Of a DNA stretch of 64,000 nucleotides, positions 10,948-24,793 are shown in pieces. Origin of the DNA: Convolutriloba macropyga (Eukaryota); NCBI RefSeq assembly GCF_964194025.1, contig NC_134481.1, positions 23,064,001 through 23,128,000 on the forward strand. The letters are read 5' to 3'. The notes under the pieces were generated by a model, which saw only the letters and a list, made by a program, of their open reading frames with translations, was not told the origin of the DNA and did no database searches. Each line of letters starts with the position of its first letter. Position 1 is the first letter of the stretch. The position numbers were made by a program, and so were the translations under genes.

Positions 10948-13220
10948 CTAAGAAAATAGTGTTTATCCATAGATTAAAAGACCATATTGAACTATCGGTT
11001 CGATAAAGGAACGGTAATAAAGAATGAGAACGTTTCTACTCACGAACCTCCTAATTCTCGCGATCGCAAACACATGATTCGACAAGCAAGCGTTTTACAA
11101 CCTTATCAACATGAAAAGTGAATGCCCAGGTAATTTAAAGAATCTGAGTTTTTGAACCTCTGATTCTGGAGCCAAAAATATGTCATTCGTTGACAGATCC
11201 ACATGAGTTCATATTTCTTAACATTCAAATCTAAATGATTACAAGTGATCCACTTTTGCATCTGTCATTCAGAGTTTTGGCAGAGTACAAAAGTGTTGCA
11301 TCATTGGCAAACATATCCATGTCAAAATATTTGCAAATATTTAAAAGAGTCGTTCGTATATATAATGAAAAGGAGAGGGCCGATTATTGATGAGAAACCT
11401 GAGAATGCTCCTTTGATGAACACAGTCTGTTGCCGGTTTAAGAAATCACTGCAGAACCAACTCACAATGATTCCTCTCACACCATAATTTTCCAGTTTCT
11501 CAATCGTCAAATCATGATTAAAGGTATGGAATTTTTCATTAAATTCAAGGAAAACACAAAACTTTTCAATTGACATGTTAAATCGTTGTTACTCAACTAT
11601 CCCTGCGATTGGCAATACTCCACTGCACGTATTTCGAAAAACTAAATGTTTTTAATTGAATCGTTTGTTCATAAATCTATGCAAAGTGATATACATAGGT
11701 CGTTTCAAGACTATGCTAACAACAGGCAAGATTGATACTGGTCGATAATTAATCGCCGCAAATTTTGAGCCTTGTTTGAAAAGCGGAGTTACACTTGCCT
11801 TTTTGAGACAATTTGAAAAATTTTTTCGGGAAAATGAACTATTCATAAGTCCACTTAAGTACGGAAAAATAACCGGAAGCATAGGTTTCAGTATTTTCAC
11901 AGATATACAATTGAGTCCAGTTGATTTATTGGCATTAAGTGTGGTAACTATTTTCTCTACCTCTTCATCACCCGCAGGAAAAAAAAACATTGACTTTACG
12001 GCTGGTGACAAAATAATTTTCGTCGAAGTCTGATCAAATTGTTCTCTTTCTTTTTGCCAGCAATGTTCGTGAAATACTCATTAAACAAATCAGCTACGGT
12101 CTCACCATCATCAATAGTAGCGTCACTTTCGATTCAAACTGAGCTTTGTTTGCTCTTTACCCGGTGACCGTTTATTCGTTTATGTCTCTGAAAATTTTGT
12201 CGTTTGTTGAAATTGTACACAGGACTTTGTTGTTATAATACTGGTGCTTCTTATTCGCGACTAGCCTGTTGACCGCTTTCATGACCAATTTGAATCCCGG
12301 AAGGAATCTGAATGTTTTCTTACTTTTTGATATTACTATTTCTTCTACTATTGCGCGATGAACTTCCTTATCAAGCCAAGATACTTTTCCTACATACAAG
12401 AAACTATTGTCTTTATTGTTGCATAACTCTGGACGACAGACACAAGAACATTTTCGAAAAATTCCATGTCAACATATGGCACATCATTACACTCTACACT
12501 ATAAAGCTGTCTTTCGAGATCAAGCAACATTCTGCTATGATCAACTTCATTGTGGAGAAAGCTAACATGTTGCTTTCGCAAGCTCGGTCGGTTGCTCAAA
12601 ACTTCATTTGGAGTTGTGACAGATGTAGCGTAGTCATCGGTTACAGTAACTAGAATAATTTTGCTACAGAAACATAATTCTTTTACACAATATATGATCA
12701 ATCAGCGTAGATTATCTCTCGCCGATCCAGGTTGCCTCAGAAAGATTTGTGATTTATGAGATTATTCGTGTACTTTTCAGTCAGCTGTCTTGCTTGAGTC
12801 GGTCGATGTTCATATCACCCACTAAGTACAAGCAATCAATTTTTTCAGAGAATTCTTCCAGAATTTTATCAAAGTCCACAGTGAATTTTGCTTTGGAGTT
12901 GGATGGCAAACTATGATCACAGCCCAGAAAAAACGAATTATTCAAAACAGTCTTATATTTCAGCATTAAAGTTTTTTCAAACTCTGTAACAAATACTTCA
13001 ACTTTAATAGAATCGTGCATATACAAATGTGCTCTGATGTTTCCTAACGTGACAACGGTTGAAAAAATATCGATTTTGAATTGAGTTGCAATCGATTCTT
13101 CCTCCAACGAGGTCTCTGTGAGACAAACGATAGTATTATTGAAGTTTTTGGTAACATGATATTGAAGTTCGTAAAATTTTTTTTAAAGACCGAAAAATGA
13201 CATGATAAATAGTATGGTTT
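10948..13220 (-). mobile_element. Degenerate LINE ORF2 (APE plus RT); copy 2, truncated at the duplication junction
   Basis: ORF 12781-13107 (GDMNID), ORF 11652-12011 (KASVTPLFKQG...NYRPVSILPVVS), ORF 11322-11576 (LENYGVRG, GPLLFIIYTND). Confidence 0.85.
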
Positions 13221-15011
13221 GTCAATGTAGAATTACTATAGCTATCAATACTATGAGTTTTGGAAAAGGAGAAAAATACCCTACTGAAAAGAACTGTTTG
13301 CCTGGTTTAAAGCTTTTTCGTTTAACATTTTAACAAATTTTAAGTTTGAAACCTGTAAAAGTTTTAGAACAATTCGAAAACGTAAATGGATAATCAAGAC
13401 ACGTTGCTGTATATTTGCATATCTGTTAATATTTACTTAACAAGTTTAAAACTCCTGACGATGGAAGTTATTGCGAAAACGTTCGAGTAATTTAGCAATT
13501 TTATATCAACTTTTAACACTTTTTAGCTATTCGACAATTTTGGGAAACGCTCTTTGAACATCATACAATGTGTTTAGCAATGTGCCATACAATGTGCATA
13601 CAATGGTGTCAAATCATCGTTTAGATAAATTTTAGCTGATTAAGATTGCAGGTTTCTCTTGTTCCGCATCAATTCTATTTTCTCTCTTCGAACAAAACAA
13701 GCAATCAGTCTGCCTCGAAATTTGCTTGTCCCTCCAGTACTGGGGCACATGCTTGACTGCTCCTCTCTGAGATCTTGTAGTGAGCACAAAACCAGCAAAG
13801 GAATAGCCGGGCCAGGAAGTTCTTGGGGAAGCGTTCTGGGAGCCAGATCCTCGACCAGACAATGTAGCCATTCCCTTCACAGCCAACACCAGTGCACTCC
13901 ACCATATGATAACTCCCATTCTCGTCAGCAGCTTGGGTTGACTTTTTGTATCCAGAACCATCGTTCAGCTTCCTCTGAAACTATTTAAAAGTTTATCACA
14001 ACAATTAGGATGGCTACAATTGATGGAGGGCTACACTGTATGTGACCACTAAGCTGGGGGGGGGCTATAATGGGAAAGACCCCAAATGTCATCAAGCGAA
14101 TGAAATATTAGCTGCAAAAGGAGACATTATGCAAGCAGATTACAGAACCGATAGATGGCAATGCGAGAGTGACATGATCGGTCGTGATATTTTTGGTTGT
14201 GATAGGTTTATATCAAGTTCCATAGGCCGCTGAGCCGTGGGTTAAAAATTAGATAATTACGCGTACCAATCATTTTTGCTTACAGTAGTTATCTCAACAG
14301 TTAGTGCTTCTAATTTTTCTTCTTTTGACATGGTCTAATTTTACGTCAGCTAATGTTCCGGACACCCTTCAAATAACCGGACACAGTCGGGTAAACCATT
14401 GATAAAAATCCAAGTTTACAACTGTTTTAGCAATGACATCTGTGGTTTTTAGAGCTGACCCTTGCTTGTGTTCGATCTGATCTTGTCAACTGAGACAAAT
14501 TGTTTCTTGTTTCCTAGGTAATCAAACAAAACTTGAGGGAAACAGCCAACGACCCCGAGGTCTGAGACTTTTCTCAGCCGTTCGATGGGGTACTTTGTGC
14601 AAAGCGTTTGCCAAATGTGTTGAAAGCGGTGTTTTATATTCGTAGAATTTTTATGAACTGATTTAAATGAAAGCTAATTCTACAGGGATTATGCAGCTAT
14701 GTTTTTTTTATCCTGGCGAAGAATTGATTTTGAGATTTCGAGATAATTTGAAGGAAAAAATTGCTTGGCTTTGGATCGAGATGTTTTTATTAAAGAGTAA
14801 TGATCATAGCACAGAACTATTTATTAGTTAAGGTGAACCTTGTTTTGTGAATATTAATGTTGTCACCTCTCGGTAACATTGACCGTGGCAATGAATAAAT
14901 GTGGTGTATAGGATCCAGCTACTCCGGAAGAGATTTCGCGCTATTCGATTGCGTTAGATAATTATCGTTTGGTATTATGGCCTCGTTGCTACTCTATATA
15001 ATTCTGGAGCC

Positions 15012-15445
15012 TTTTTTTATTGCTCTCAAACGAAGTTTGTAGCAATTATATTAGTCCTGTCGATCTTTTTTATGCGCTTTTTTGCTTGACCAATTTTTCG
15101 TCTGACGCATTTGACTTTTCGTCCTCAAAAACGGGATAAACAGGTAGCGCCCAACGGGCATTAAGTGTTCTTAGAGTCTTTCAGCTCACTAGTCTTCAAG
15201 TATGCGATTCACAGAATCTGTTTTGGAGACTTATTTTTATGGTGCGAAGGGCGGTTCTTAGAGATTGACCCCCCTCCCACTGTTGCGACACCACCCCATT
15301 TGACAAACCACCCCATCAGCCACCCGGTGCACCACCCCCCCCCCCCGCTGCGCTCACTTACGCCCCTTCAATTAAGCTAAAGCTAGCCTCACTAAACCGT
15401 GCCTAGCTACTGAGCAATTCACTCGACGTTAGTCGGTCATATTCT
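15012..15445 (+). mobile_element. Non-autonomous Helentron-like element (HINE/DINE-1-type), copy A
   Basis: T-run, then 5' subterminal repeat ATTGCTCTCAAACGA, a C-rich core, a partly deleted 3' subTIR, hairpin cgac-gtta-gtcg, and a T-rich end. Homologous to the copies at 18399 and 26120. Confidence 0.7.
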
Positions 15446-15662
15446 AAATAGTTGGCTATTTTAGTAACTTTGGATGTTGATATTGACTTTTAATTATATG
15501 CCATTGTCTTAATTACGGTGTGGGATATATGGGAATGGGAAAACCCCAAGAATTGTTGAGCTGAGTTTGTTGAAATTAAAGTTGTCTGGTTTATAATTTT
15601 TTTATTGGTCTCTTAGCTCTTGCCGATCGATCAGGTTTTGGAATGGTAGTTTTAGAAGCCTA

Positions 15663-18600
15663 ATGAATGAAAAAGGCATAGAAATTCTACGAGGGTTGAA
15701 GGAATGCGTAGATTTTGTAAGAGGATCGACAAAATCTCAGCTGAACGAAGAGAACCCTGGAGTAATATTATTTTTCATTAGAACAGAAGATTTGCTGCGT
15801 AGAGGGCTGAAACAGAAGCGAAATACAGATTATTACGACTTTTTTGCAACCTGCTTTCGAAAAGACATGGATTTTGCGGGGCATATTAAGCGGTTTGACG
15901 CTTTAAGTGAAATTAAGACCAGCACAGGAAAAGGACGAGCGCTTTTACGGCATATAGCGTCACAGAGTATTTTGTCATCCTTTTTCACTAGTAGCTTGAT
16001 ACCGAAACTTACCAGCACGTGGTATTCAGCGCAAGCCTACTTACGGGATGCAGGATTTGTAGAAAAATTTATTGCTATGGCCACTGACCTGGATTCGTTT
16101 AAGCTAAAATTTGAAATCAGATTGAGAGAAATAGATTTTTCATGGCCGTTTGAGGAAAATCTATTGCGCGTTAACGGCAAATATTGTTTGCCAACAGATA
16201 AACAGAGTCAGTATAACGGATTTGACGCTAGTTTTAATGGAGTAACCATAGAAAAACGAAAAGCCTCTGTTAGTAACAACGGCGATTTCTCTGAGCTAGA
16301 GAAGAAAATTTCAAAACTAGAAAATTGCTGCGATGAATTAGAAATTCAATTAACGAACAAAGACGATGAGCTGAGAAAAACGAAAGAAGAGATGGATTAT
16401 TTAAGACAATTGACCATTATACTCCGATCTTCACCTGATGGTGCTAACACAAGCTTGTCATCTCTTGAATGTTCGAACCCAATACAGGAGGCGCATCTTC
16501 GCGGAGCTAATGTTGCGGCCCTCAAAACGGAGACTAATAGCGCCTGGGTAGATGAAATAATGGAACAACAAAAGAAACTTACTGAAGAAATTCAGTCTCA
16601 TGCCTTATTGAAGCAAGCTATGCAAGACGCAAATTTAGAGCTAGAAGATAAAGTCCGTCAACTAACTGAAGAATTAAGTTCGCTGAAATCAGCTAAAAAC
16701 CCTGTGAAAGATTCTAAAAGTTGCCAAACCGATGTTGTTGAAAGAGCCGATCAAGGAACCGATGCTTGCGAGTTCGGCGATGTCGATTTTATCTCCCAAC
16801 AAGATAGTGACAGGATCTCAATTTTATCTTTTGGATCTGTAACCGATACCAAAAGTGAGAAGTCTTTAGTGGAAGAGCTGGAGAAATTGGGAAGAAAGTA
16901 TTCCGAGGCTAGATTTCAGATTGCTGAACTTCAGGAATTCAAAGAGGAAAGTGGGCCATCCGGAAAAGTAAAAATGACGCCGCAGCGGGAAAAGCTCAAA
17001 AATTTAAAAGTCGAAAATGAGGAGCTGAAAACGAGGATTTTGGCCGTTGAACAGGAAATTTTAGATAAGGAAGAAAGTTTTCGAAATGTTCTCGCCAGAA
17101 ACGAGGCAAACATTCAAGAACTTCATAAATTGCAAAATAGTTTGCAACTTCGAGACGACGATTTGAGTCTTCTGCAAAGTGAAAAATCGGATTTTGCTCG
17201 AGAGAACGAAATATTACAAAATAGTTTGGATTCTGTAACTAAAGAGGCCAAAGAGGGAACCTCAAAAGTAGCAGAATTAGAATCTCAGGTCAAAAAATTG
17301 ACTTCTGATAATCTTCAATTGACAACTGAAAACACGAACCTCAACGAATTAGTGCAGCAGTATGGAACGGATAACTCGAAGTTTAAGGTTCAAATTTTGA
17401 ATTTGACCGATGAACTAAATTGCGCGCTAGCCTCTGCCAAGAACCAGGTTGCTGCAATTACACAAGAACGAGATTCAATTCAGGTGTTGAATTTTGAGAT
17501 CAAACGACAATTGATGCTGACAGTGAGTAACTTTTACATTTTTGCAGTATTTAATGGGAAAATCTTATTTTGCTGAGGTGTTTTGTATGAAGAAGCTTAT
17601 TTTTAATTCCCTTAAAAGAGGTGCACATTTCCCGCGAGTAGAGCAAGTTATTTGCTGGATTGATTCTAAGTTTTGTACGCCTTAAATTGAAAACCAATAA
17701 TTTATGAAACCAATAAATTATGAATTGTCCTCACCCAAATATTGGTGTTTCTAGATACTCATATTAGCGATCCAAAAAAAAAACAGTTCTTATAGTAGAA
17801 AGAGACAAAATCAGATAGACACAAGAAAAGTTACGGACTTCGTTTTGCTACTTTTTAGGACGGCATTGTCTCATGCACGCCCTTCTGGCGTGTGTCCTGC
17901 AGAGTGGTATGCATTTAAAAATTGTGACTATTGCGACTAAGATTCCCGACATTTTTGGGTCTCAAAGTTTTTAAAACGCAAATTTTTTGTTGGTAGTCAA
18001 GTTGTCTCGGCCTTTGTTGCATATATGTCAAAACTGATTATTTTGAGTTATAAAGTTTACCAGGAATGAACCTAGATATTATCTTTATTTTATTTGTCAC
18101 GAAGCCATAGCTGAAACTATTATCAACACCATTGCAATTTTTTTGCAACCCAAGAAATGAATAGCTGACCGGACGATTATTAGGCTTGTCTTTGTTTTTT
18201 TTCCTTTTTATTACTGCTTTTTCTCATGCTCACCTCAAATCAGTTTTTATTTATTCTTTCCGTAATTTGTGGACAGTTGTGTACCACTTCTCATTTTTAT
18301 TGAGTGAATTTTGTGTTTATTTGCATGATACTTTTTGTTCTGACATAACTTGCCTCACTCTCGAAGTGGCGTCCTCAAACCTGTCTATCAGAATATAGTT
18401 TTTAATTGCTCTGAAGTTTGTAGCAGTTATATTAGTCATGTCGGTCTTTTTTAATGCTATTTTTCGCTCGACCGATTTTTCGTCTGACCGATTTGATTTT
18501 CGTCCCAAAACGGGATAACAGGTAGCGCCCTGCGGGTATTAATTGCTCTTAGAGCTTTTCAGCGCACTAGTCTCCGAGTACAAGGTTCACTGAAACTGTT

Positions 18601-21600
18601 TTGGGGACTTATTCTTATGGTGTGAATGGCGTTTCTTTGAAATTACCCCCCCCCCCCCCAAGAAAAATCAGCCCACCTCTCCCGCAATCCCCATCCCGTG
18701 CACATCGTTCAGGTTGTAAGGGACCCGTGCAGCCAAAGATCCCGCATCAATCGTTGCCCCCCCCCGCTATGCTCACCTCACGCCCCTGTAATTAAGCTAA
18801 AGCTAGCCTCACTATACCGTAGCCAGCTGTGCCGCTCGTTTGAGAGCAATTCGCTCCGACGTTAGTCGGTTATGTTTAAATTGATCGTTCATATGTCCCA
18901 AAAAATATGCTGTTTCAAACAAAGCCGAAATTTACTGCGACGTCTAATAAATGTTTAAAAGTAATTCATTGAATGAAAATGATTGGAACTGCAACTCGTT
19001 TTTTCTGAAGCGTCTGTGGCAATAGAATCCTAATTTTTCGAATTGGAGGATACCGCATCACAAAATTTAGTGAGCAAAAGTCTTGGAACTTAGCTTGTCA
19101 ACTTAGCTGTCGTTGACAATCTACAGTTAACAGTGTGCATTCTGCAGTACTGTCTCGGGCCAATCAAATGGTTCGTTCTTTTTCATCAAACTCCTTCTGA
19201 CTAAGTCACCAAATCTTTTTAGGATTTGAATACCGTTCAACGTACAACTTTCGAACGTATAATTGTTAGCTTTTAAACGGACAGCACATGTGATAAAAAT
19301 TGGGAATTAAGCGAGTAGTCGAAAGCAGTTGAACACTGCCTGTGTTGGGTGAACATATCAATCATCGGCTGAAGTTGATATCGGTGAGAAATGGAATAAA
19401 AGCAACAGAGGGCTTTGAGTTTTATGAAAAACGATTAAAGACCGATGGGACGCAGCACCATCACTGCTGACTCAACACATAATCTGTAGATAATTGATAA
19501 TGCAGTTATCACTAACTGCTTGAGAAATAAATTCATCGAGAAAGAAATTTGGTTGATATTGATAACTCAATGCTTGAGAAATAAATTCATCGAGAAAGAA
19601 ATTGATATTGATAACTCAATGAGTAGCATCATTTTCGGCAGCTACCTGATCTTGGTTAAATCTATCTTCGGAAGAGTTTGGAGCAGTCCTGAAGTACCGG
19701 TTTTGTGTTCCACTGTATGAAGTTGTGAGGAAGTTTGAAAATCTTTACTGGGGATAAATTGGGTGACCACACAGTGTCCAACAACGGACGTTGAAACATG
19801 AAGGCGTAGCGAACCATACGTGGAGAATTACTGTCACAATGTAGATGAAGATTTTGCTGCCCGAGAACAACCGGAGGCCAAATGTCATGTGCCAAGTTGG
19901 AAAGCAGGCCAATCAACGACATAGGACGTGATAATAGCAATCAATTATCAGATGTGGCAAAATTTCTCTAATAGCGTTGACTTCTGAAAGACTATAGCTC
20001 AACTCGACTCTCTGAAGCAGTTGACATCACAACAATTTGGATCCAATGAGATTCTCGCTTATCGTCTGCATCTTTTGCCCGTAATGCCATCCAATGAGTG
20101 GACAAAACAACCAACGAATTCGAGTCATAATGGAAGTCGAGATCACTAGAAAATGAAATGCAGTAAAGAGGAAGATGGAGACCAAGAGATGAAATTACGA
20201 GATACACCATGGCAGCAAAAATATACAGGCACCTGAAGATGGGTTAAAGAAACGAAAGAAGCATCAAGGAAAGCAACATCATGACTTCCAATCAGTTCTC
20301 TAGAAAAGTGTCATTTTTCTTTATGGACTTTATTCTGGCCATTTTGCTGCCTTCGAAACCTTCTCTTGCGGACCTTCTCAAAAAATTGCGGGCAGTCCCC
20401 GATATCTAAATTCAACATATTTGCTGAGAATCCGTCGGACTGTTTTTCTGGAAAATATTTTGTGGGAGAAATAGTTACTCGTCCAATGTTAAGCTTTCTA
20501 ATTCGGGTTTTGGATGTTTAAAAACATCATTTATTAACATTTTAAGATTTTTTGACTTTTTTGGGGCCTTCCTGGCACTTTAGCCGGGAAATTTTGTTTT
20601 TGGTGCATTTTGTTTGCACGCTGTGTCAGAATCTCTTCTAAATTTGTTTTTGTATTTTTATCAATATAAATCCGCCATTTCGTTGCGCATTTATTTGGCA
20701 CGCAGTAAAAATCTTTTCTGTGTAAGCGGAGAAAACTATGAAGGAATCTCTTTGAGAACCTCAGTTAATTTTTTTGTTTTTCCCGAATCAAGAACACGAG
20801 TCATGATGTACGTAGCTTTTTTGGTATCATAGTTTAGGTATTTTAATTATATGTATTTAATTTAAGTTTGATACAGGTGTTGTAAGAGTGTTTCTTTTTG
20901 AAAAATAATCTCTGGACCCGTTTTGCGCTTTTGTTCCAAAAAATTTTCCATTTCACTTGTCGATTGACTTTTTCACGCCCGGCTTGTTTATTTTTGTGTC
21001 CTCTAAATTGCTCTTATCAGCAAATTAAGTCTTTGATTGAAATGAAATCATTGCGAAATTACTGAGTGAGGGTAAAATTGTGCTTCTGATAGCACTTGAT
21101 TTGAGCTCAGCATTTGATACTGTCAACTTTACTATCTTACTTTCAATTTTAGAACGTTGTCATGGAATAAAAGGCACCGTACTGAAGTTTTTTACTGCAT
21201 ACCTGCACAACAGGAAAACACGTGTAGTAATTGAAGATAAATGGTCTGGAAGCATCACAACGCACTGGCGTACCACAAGGTTCGATGCCCGTACCCGTTT
21301 TATGTACCGTTTATTTAATCCCGTTGTTTCATTTTTTGGATGGTTTGAACATTTACTATCACTTTTATGCAGATGACAGCCAGTTAATGTTCGAGTATAA
21401 CAACAATCAATCTGAAATTAGCGAAACAGTTAGAAAAATCAGCTCAGTCATTGAGTCCTTGAAATTAAAAATCAACCAAGAAAAAACAGAGGTTATTTTC
21501 TTAAAAGCAAGAGATCAGCTTTTCGTGTTCCTTCTGAAATGGAAATTAATGACACTAAAGTGAAGGTCTGTTTGGAAATTCAACTACTAGGGATTAAACT

Positions 21601-24600
21601 TGATGGTCATTCCAATTATGCAACTCAAGTGAATGAAGTTTGTAAACAATGCTACATACAGCTTCGAAAACTTTACTCTATCAGAAAGCATGTTAACTAT
21701 GAACAGCGGAAAGAACTTGCTTAATGCTTTATCTTGTCAGCCATGGACGACTGCAATTAAATGTATATCAAACTTGATAAAGGCCTCCTACGAAAACTGC
21801 AAAGATTCCAGAATGCTGCAGCAAGGTTCGTATATGGATGCACGAGTTCCAAAAGCGCCACTGCGCTGAAAAAATTTCATTGGTTACCCGTAGACTTCCG
21901 AATATCATATAAGATCCTATGCATGATGCACAAGGTGAATAGCACAACAGCACCCTCGTACCTTTTGCAGTTCTTTTCTCGAAACGTCACATCATCACAT
22001 CACAAAAGGAAGTTGTTCAGACTACCCAAATGCAAGAATAAAATTACAAAAAGAAGCTTTAGCTACCAAGGAGCGAAACAATGGAACGAGCTACCTGAAT
22101 ATCTACGACAGACGAAAGACTATTCGACTTTCAAAAACTGTTCTGCCTGAAAACCCATTTCTGCCAAGCTTTCTGAAACTATGACATTGATCTCCAGCAA
22201 CAACCACTCTTGGGAACATAAAGAGTGGTCAAAAGCCCTTTCATCATCATCAATTCTGTTGCTGAAGATTGTAAGATAGGAGACTAGCCGGATCTGTTAG
22301 CCGAGTCATTAACGGGTGCGAACCCTTCCATAGTGGGATTTTTACAACCCCTCTGAATTAAATAGCTCTGCCTGTCGTTGGAGAGCAATTTGTTTTTGCG
22401 TTAGTTGGTTTGTTTTCTCATTAAAGTTTTCATCAGTACTGGAGATAACGGTGAAATGTAGTTGAATTCTTTTGCGCTAGAATTTTTGTTTTACTGCTTA
22501 ATATATTACAATTGAATCAGATCTAATTTGATTTAATTGGCAGTTTAATCAATTGTGTTATTATTGGATTAAAAAATGGAATGAATACATGTGTGAATCG
22601 GTTGGTGTTCAAGAGGGTTTCCGAGACTAATCGGTGTTTTCGTTTTAATGTTGTTCTTACTTGTTTACTTATAATCTTATTGATGCTTGATGATCAGGAT
22701 TTGGGTGTTATAGCTTCGCTTTTGTGATAACATTCTGTTCTACTGGATACTGGCAAAGTTTGTAGGTCATTTTTTTTGTTTTCAAACATCTTAGCGCAAG
22801 TTACGGTTGTGGATTTTAATTTTTCGCTCCCCATTATATTAATGAGATCTACCCTCTTTGTAAATGGGATGATATCATGCCATCATTTTATATTATTTGT
22901 TCGAGGAGGAACAACAAAACATTTTGTCCTCAAATGGTAGTAGCTACTAACTTTTGATGACCTGATTTTTATCCAATGACAATCTTGTATTAACCGTTGA
23001 CTATTTTTCTCCTTAGATTGAAGCCACAGAAGGAACTGCAAGACACTTTTTCTAAATAATAATAACATACAAAATAGGGTGCTAAGATCTCGCTGCAGAT
23101 ACTGTACGTACTCGTCGTACAATTCAAATTAGACTGGACTGATCTGTTCTGTCTTTTAGGAGAACTTTGTTGTGTTGGTAATTAGTTTTATTGTGCAATC
23201 TAATTTAGGAAAAGTCTCACAAAGACGTGCTCTCAGAAAAAACGAAACAGATTGACATGTTGTCTGAAAAGCTAATGTCTTTAACCAAAGAAAAAGATGT
23301 CATGTGGCAGCAACTAGACAGGGTCCAAGAAATCAGCCAGTCGACATTAATTGGAGGATGGGTCAATGAGAATGACGTGAAACATTGCGCACTGTGCAAA
23401 AATAATTTCACTTTTCGTGTGCGAAAGCATCACTGCAGAAGTTGTGGAAACGTGTTTTGTTTGAATTGCGCCAATAACTTCATATCAGTGGCGCATTCTA
23501 GCAAAAAGGAGCGTGTCTGTATAACTTGTTTCAATAACAGAAAGGATGCGAGGATTCTATTGAGCCATCAGAAGTTGAATTCTCCGAACTTGGACACGAT
23601 TGAACAACAGAAATTTAAAGACGATGTCAAGGTATGTGAAATCGTTACTATTAGGCCGAGTTGGTTGATGTTTATGCTGGGAAATCTATCCTGCAATAGT
23701 TAAGTAAGCGATCTTGTAAAAATCTTTGAACGCTGTTTTTTCAAGATGGATAAATGTAGAACATCTGTATTTTTTTGAAAGTTCAGAACAATTACTCGGA
23801 TCTTGAAATTCGAGAGTTCATTTTACCTGCAACTGCTCGTGACAGTATTTTAAGATGACAGAAGTGTGCAAATTCTGAAGATCATTTAGAATTTATCAGG
23901 TTTGTGAAGGTCTGTGAATGTGATAAAACAACGCAAACATCACCAAAGATATTGTCAAAATTTTGTTTGTTGAAATACCTGATATAGCGCAATTTGTGAT
24001 TTAGGAAGCATTTGAAAGATCAATGACGAGGAAAGGAATGACTCACAGTGCATCGTCTATCATTGAGAGCAGTTATCGCTGGTCTCCCAGGGGATCAGTG
24101 GACAGTGGTCTGGTTCCTCCGCAACTGCCCAGATCTGCAACTATGAACCCTCTGTTCTCTTCAGCCATGTCAGTTAGCAGCAGTGGGTTTAACCAAAGTG
24201 GAAACCAGAACGACTCGCCTTTGGTCGAGAGCTCAAGTCGACCCCAATCTCCAGGTCAACGCGGAACCCTATGCCATGATCGTTCCATATCAATCGCGTC
24301 CTTAGATAACCCGATTGTCGACATTATCAAAACTTTGACCAATTGTCCTCAAGAGGAAACTCTTTATGGACCTTGTGAGAAATCAGGACAAATTATTCTA
24401 TCACCTGGTGAAAATCGAGCCATTCCTCTACAAGCCGATTGTTGTGGATCAACTATTGCTTGGGAATTCTCTTCAGAACCGAAAAGTGTTCAGTTCGCGA
24501 TGGCGTTTCGAGAGAACTCGCAGGTTCTTTCGGACGAATCGTGGCAAGGACAGGATTCGGACGATAACCATAGTGGTGGATCCTCACACGGTGCTTCAAG

Positions 24601-24793
24601 CTCATATCAGAAAAGTGCTATTAACAAGTCACCGTTCCACGTTATGATTCCAGTTATAACTTGCAAGGCACACTTAGAACCGGTCAAAGGTACACTTTTG
24701 GTCCGGAAGCCGGGAACTTACACTATATACTTTGACAACTCTTTGAGCAAATACACTTCCAAAAAGATTGTATACTTTGTGAGTATTAGCTAA
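15663..24793 (+). CDS. FYCO1: FYVE and coiled-coil domain autophagy adaptor FYCO1-like; exons 15663-17522, 23209-23631, 24005-24793 (~1023 aa)
   Basis: RUN domain (KTSTGKGRALLR..TSTWY..IDFSWP), long coiled coil, FYVE (WVNE..CALC..RKHHCRSCG..C..C..RVC..C), C-terminal GOLD (WEFSSEPKSV..PGTYTIYFDNSLSKYTSKK). Both introns are GT-AG and phase 0 matches phase 0. Confidence 0.9.
18399..18877 (+). mobile_element. HINE-like element, copy B (most complete), in FYCO1 intron 1
   Basis: 5' TTTTTAATTGCTCT; 3' TCGTTTGAGAGCAATT (18836-18851), then hairpin CCGAC-GTTA-GTCGG (18856-18869) and TTATGTTT. Confidence 0.75.
19518..19621. repeat. ~53-bp tandem duplication
   Basis: gcttgagaaataaattcatcgagaaagaaatt...gatattgataactcaatg occurs twice in succession. 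Confidence 0.85.
21040..22252 (+). mobile_element. 5'-truncated, frameshifted L2/CR1-type LINE (RT C-terminal half), in FYCO1 intron 1
   Basis: LDLSSAFDTV, GVPQGS, FYADDSQL, LQRFQNAAAR, HWLPVDFRISYK, RSFSYQGAKQWNELP; a short (CAT)n tail near 22242-22251. Confidence 0.9.

Larger units (their letters stand above)
301..14800. repeat. Direct tandem duplication of a ~3.85-kb unit: copy 1 = 301-10947 (interrupted by the gypsy element), copy 2 = 10948-~14800
   Basis: ctaagaaaatagtgtttatccatagatta starts at both 301 and 10948. The sequences are colinear to ...ttaaagagt (10939 / 14798). Paired ORFs in the track (594/11245, 2126/12781, 2977/13632) confirm it. Confidence 0.95.

Noticed and set aside
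19620-20290. Minus-strand fragments faintly resembling GPCR TM6/TM7 (LIAIITSYVVDWPAF) in FYCO1 intron 1
   Set aside because: Multiple stops and no diagnostic motifs; cannot be supported without a search.
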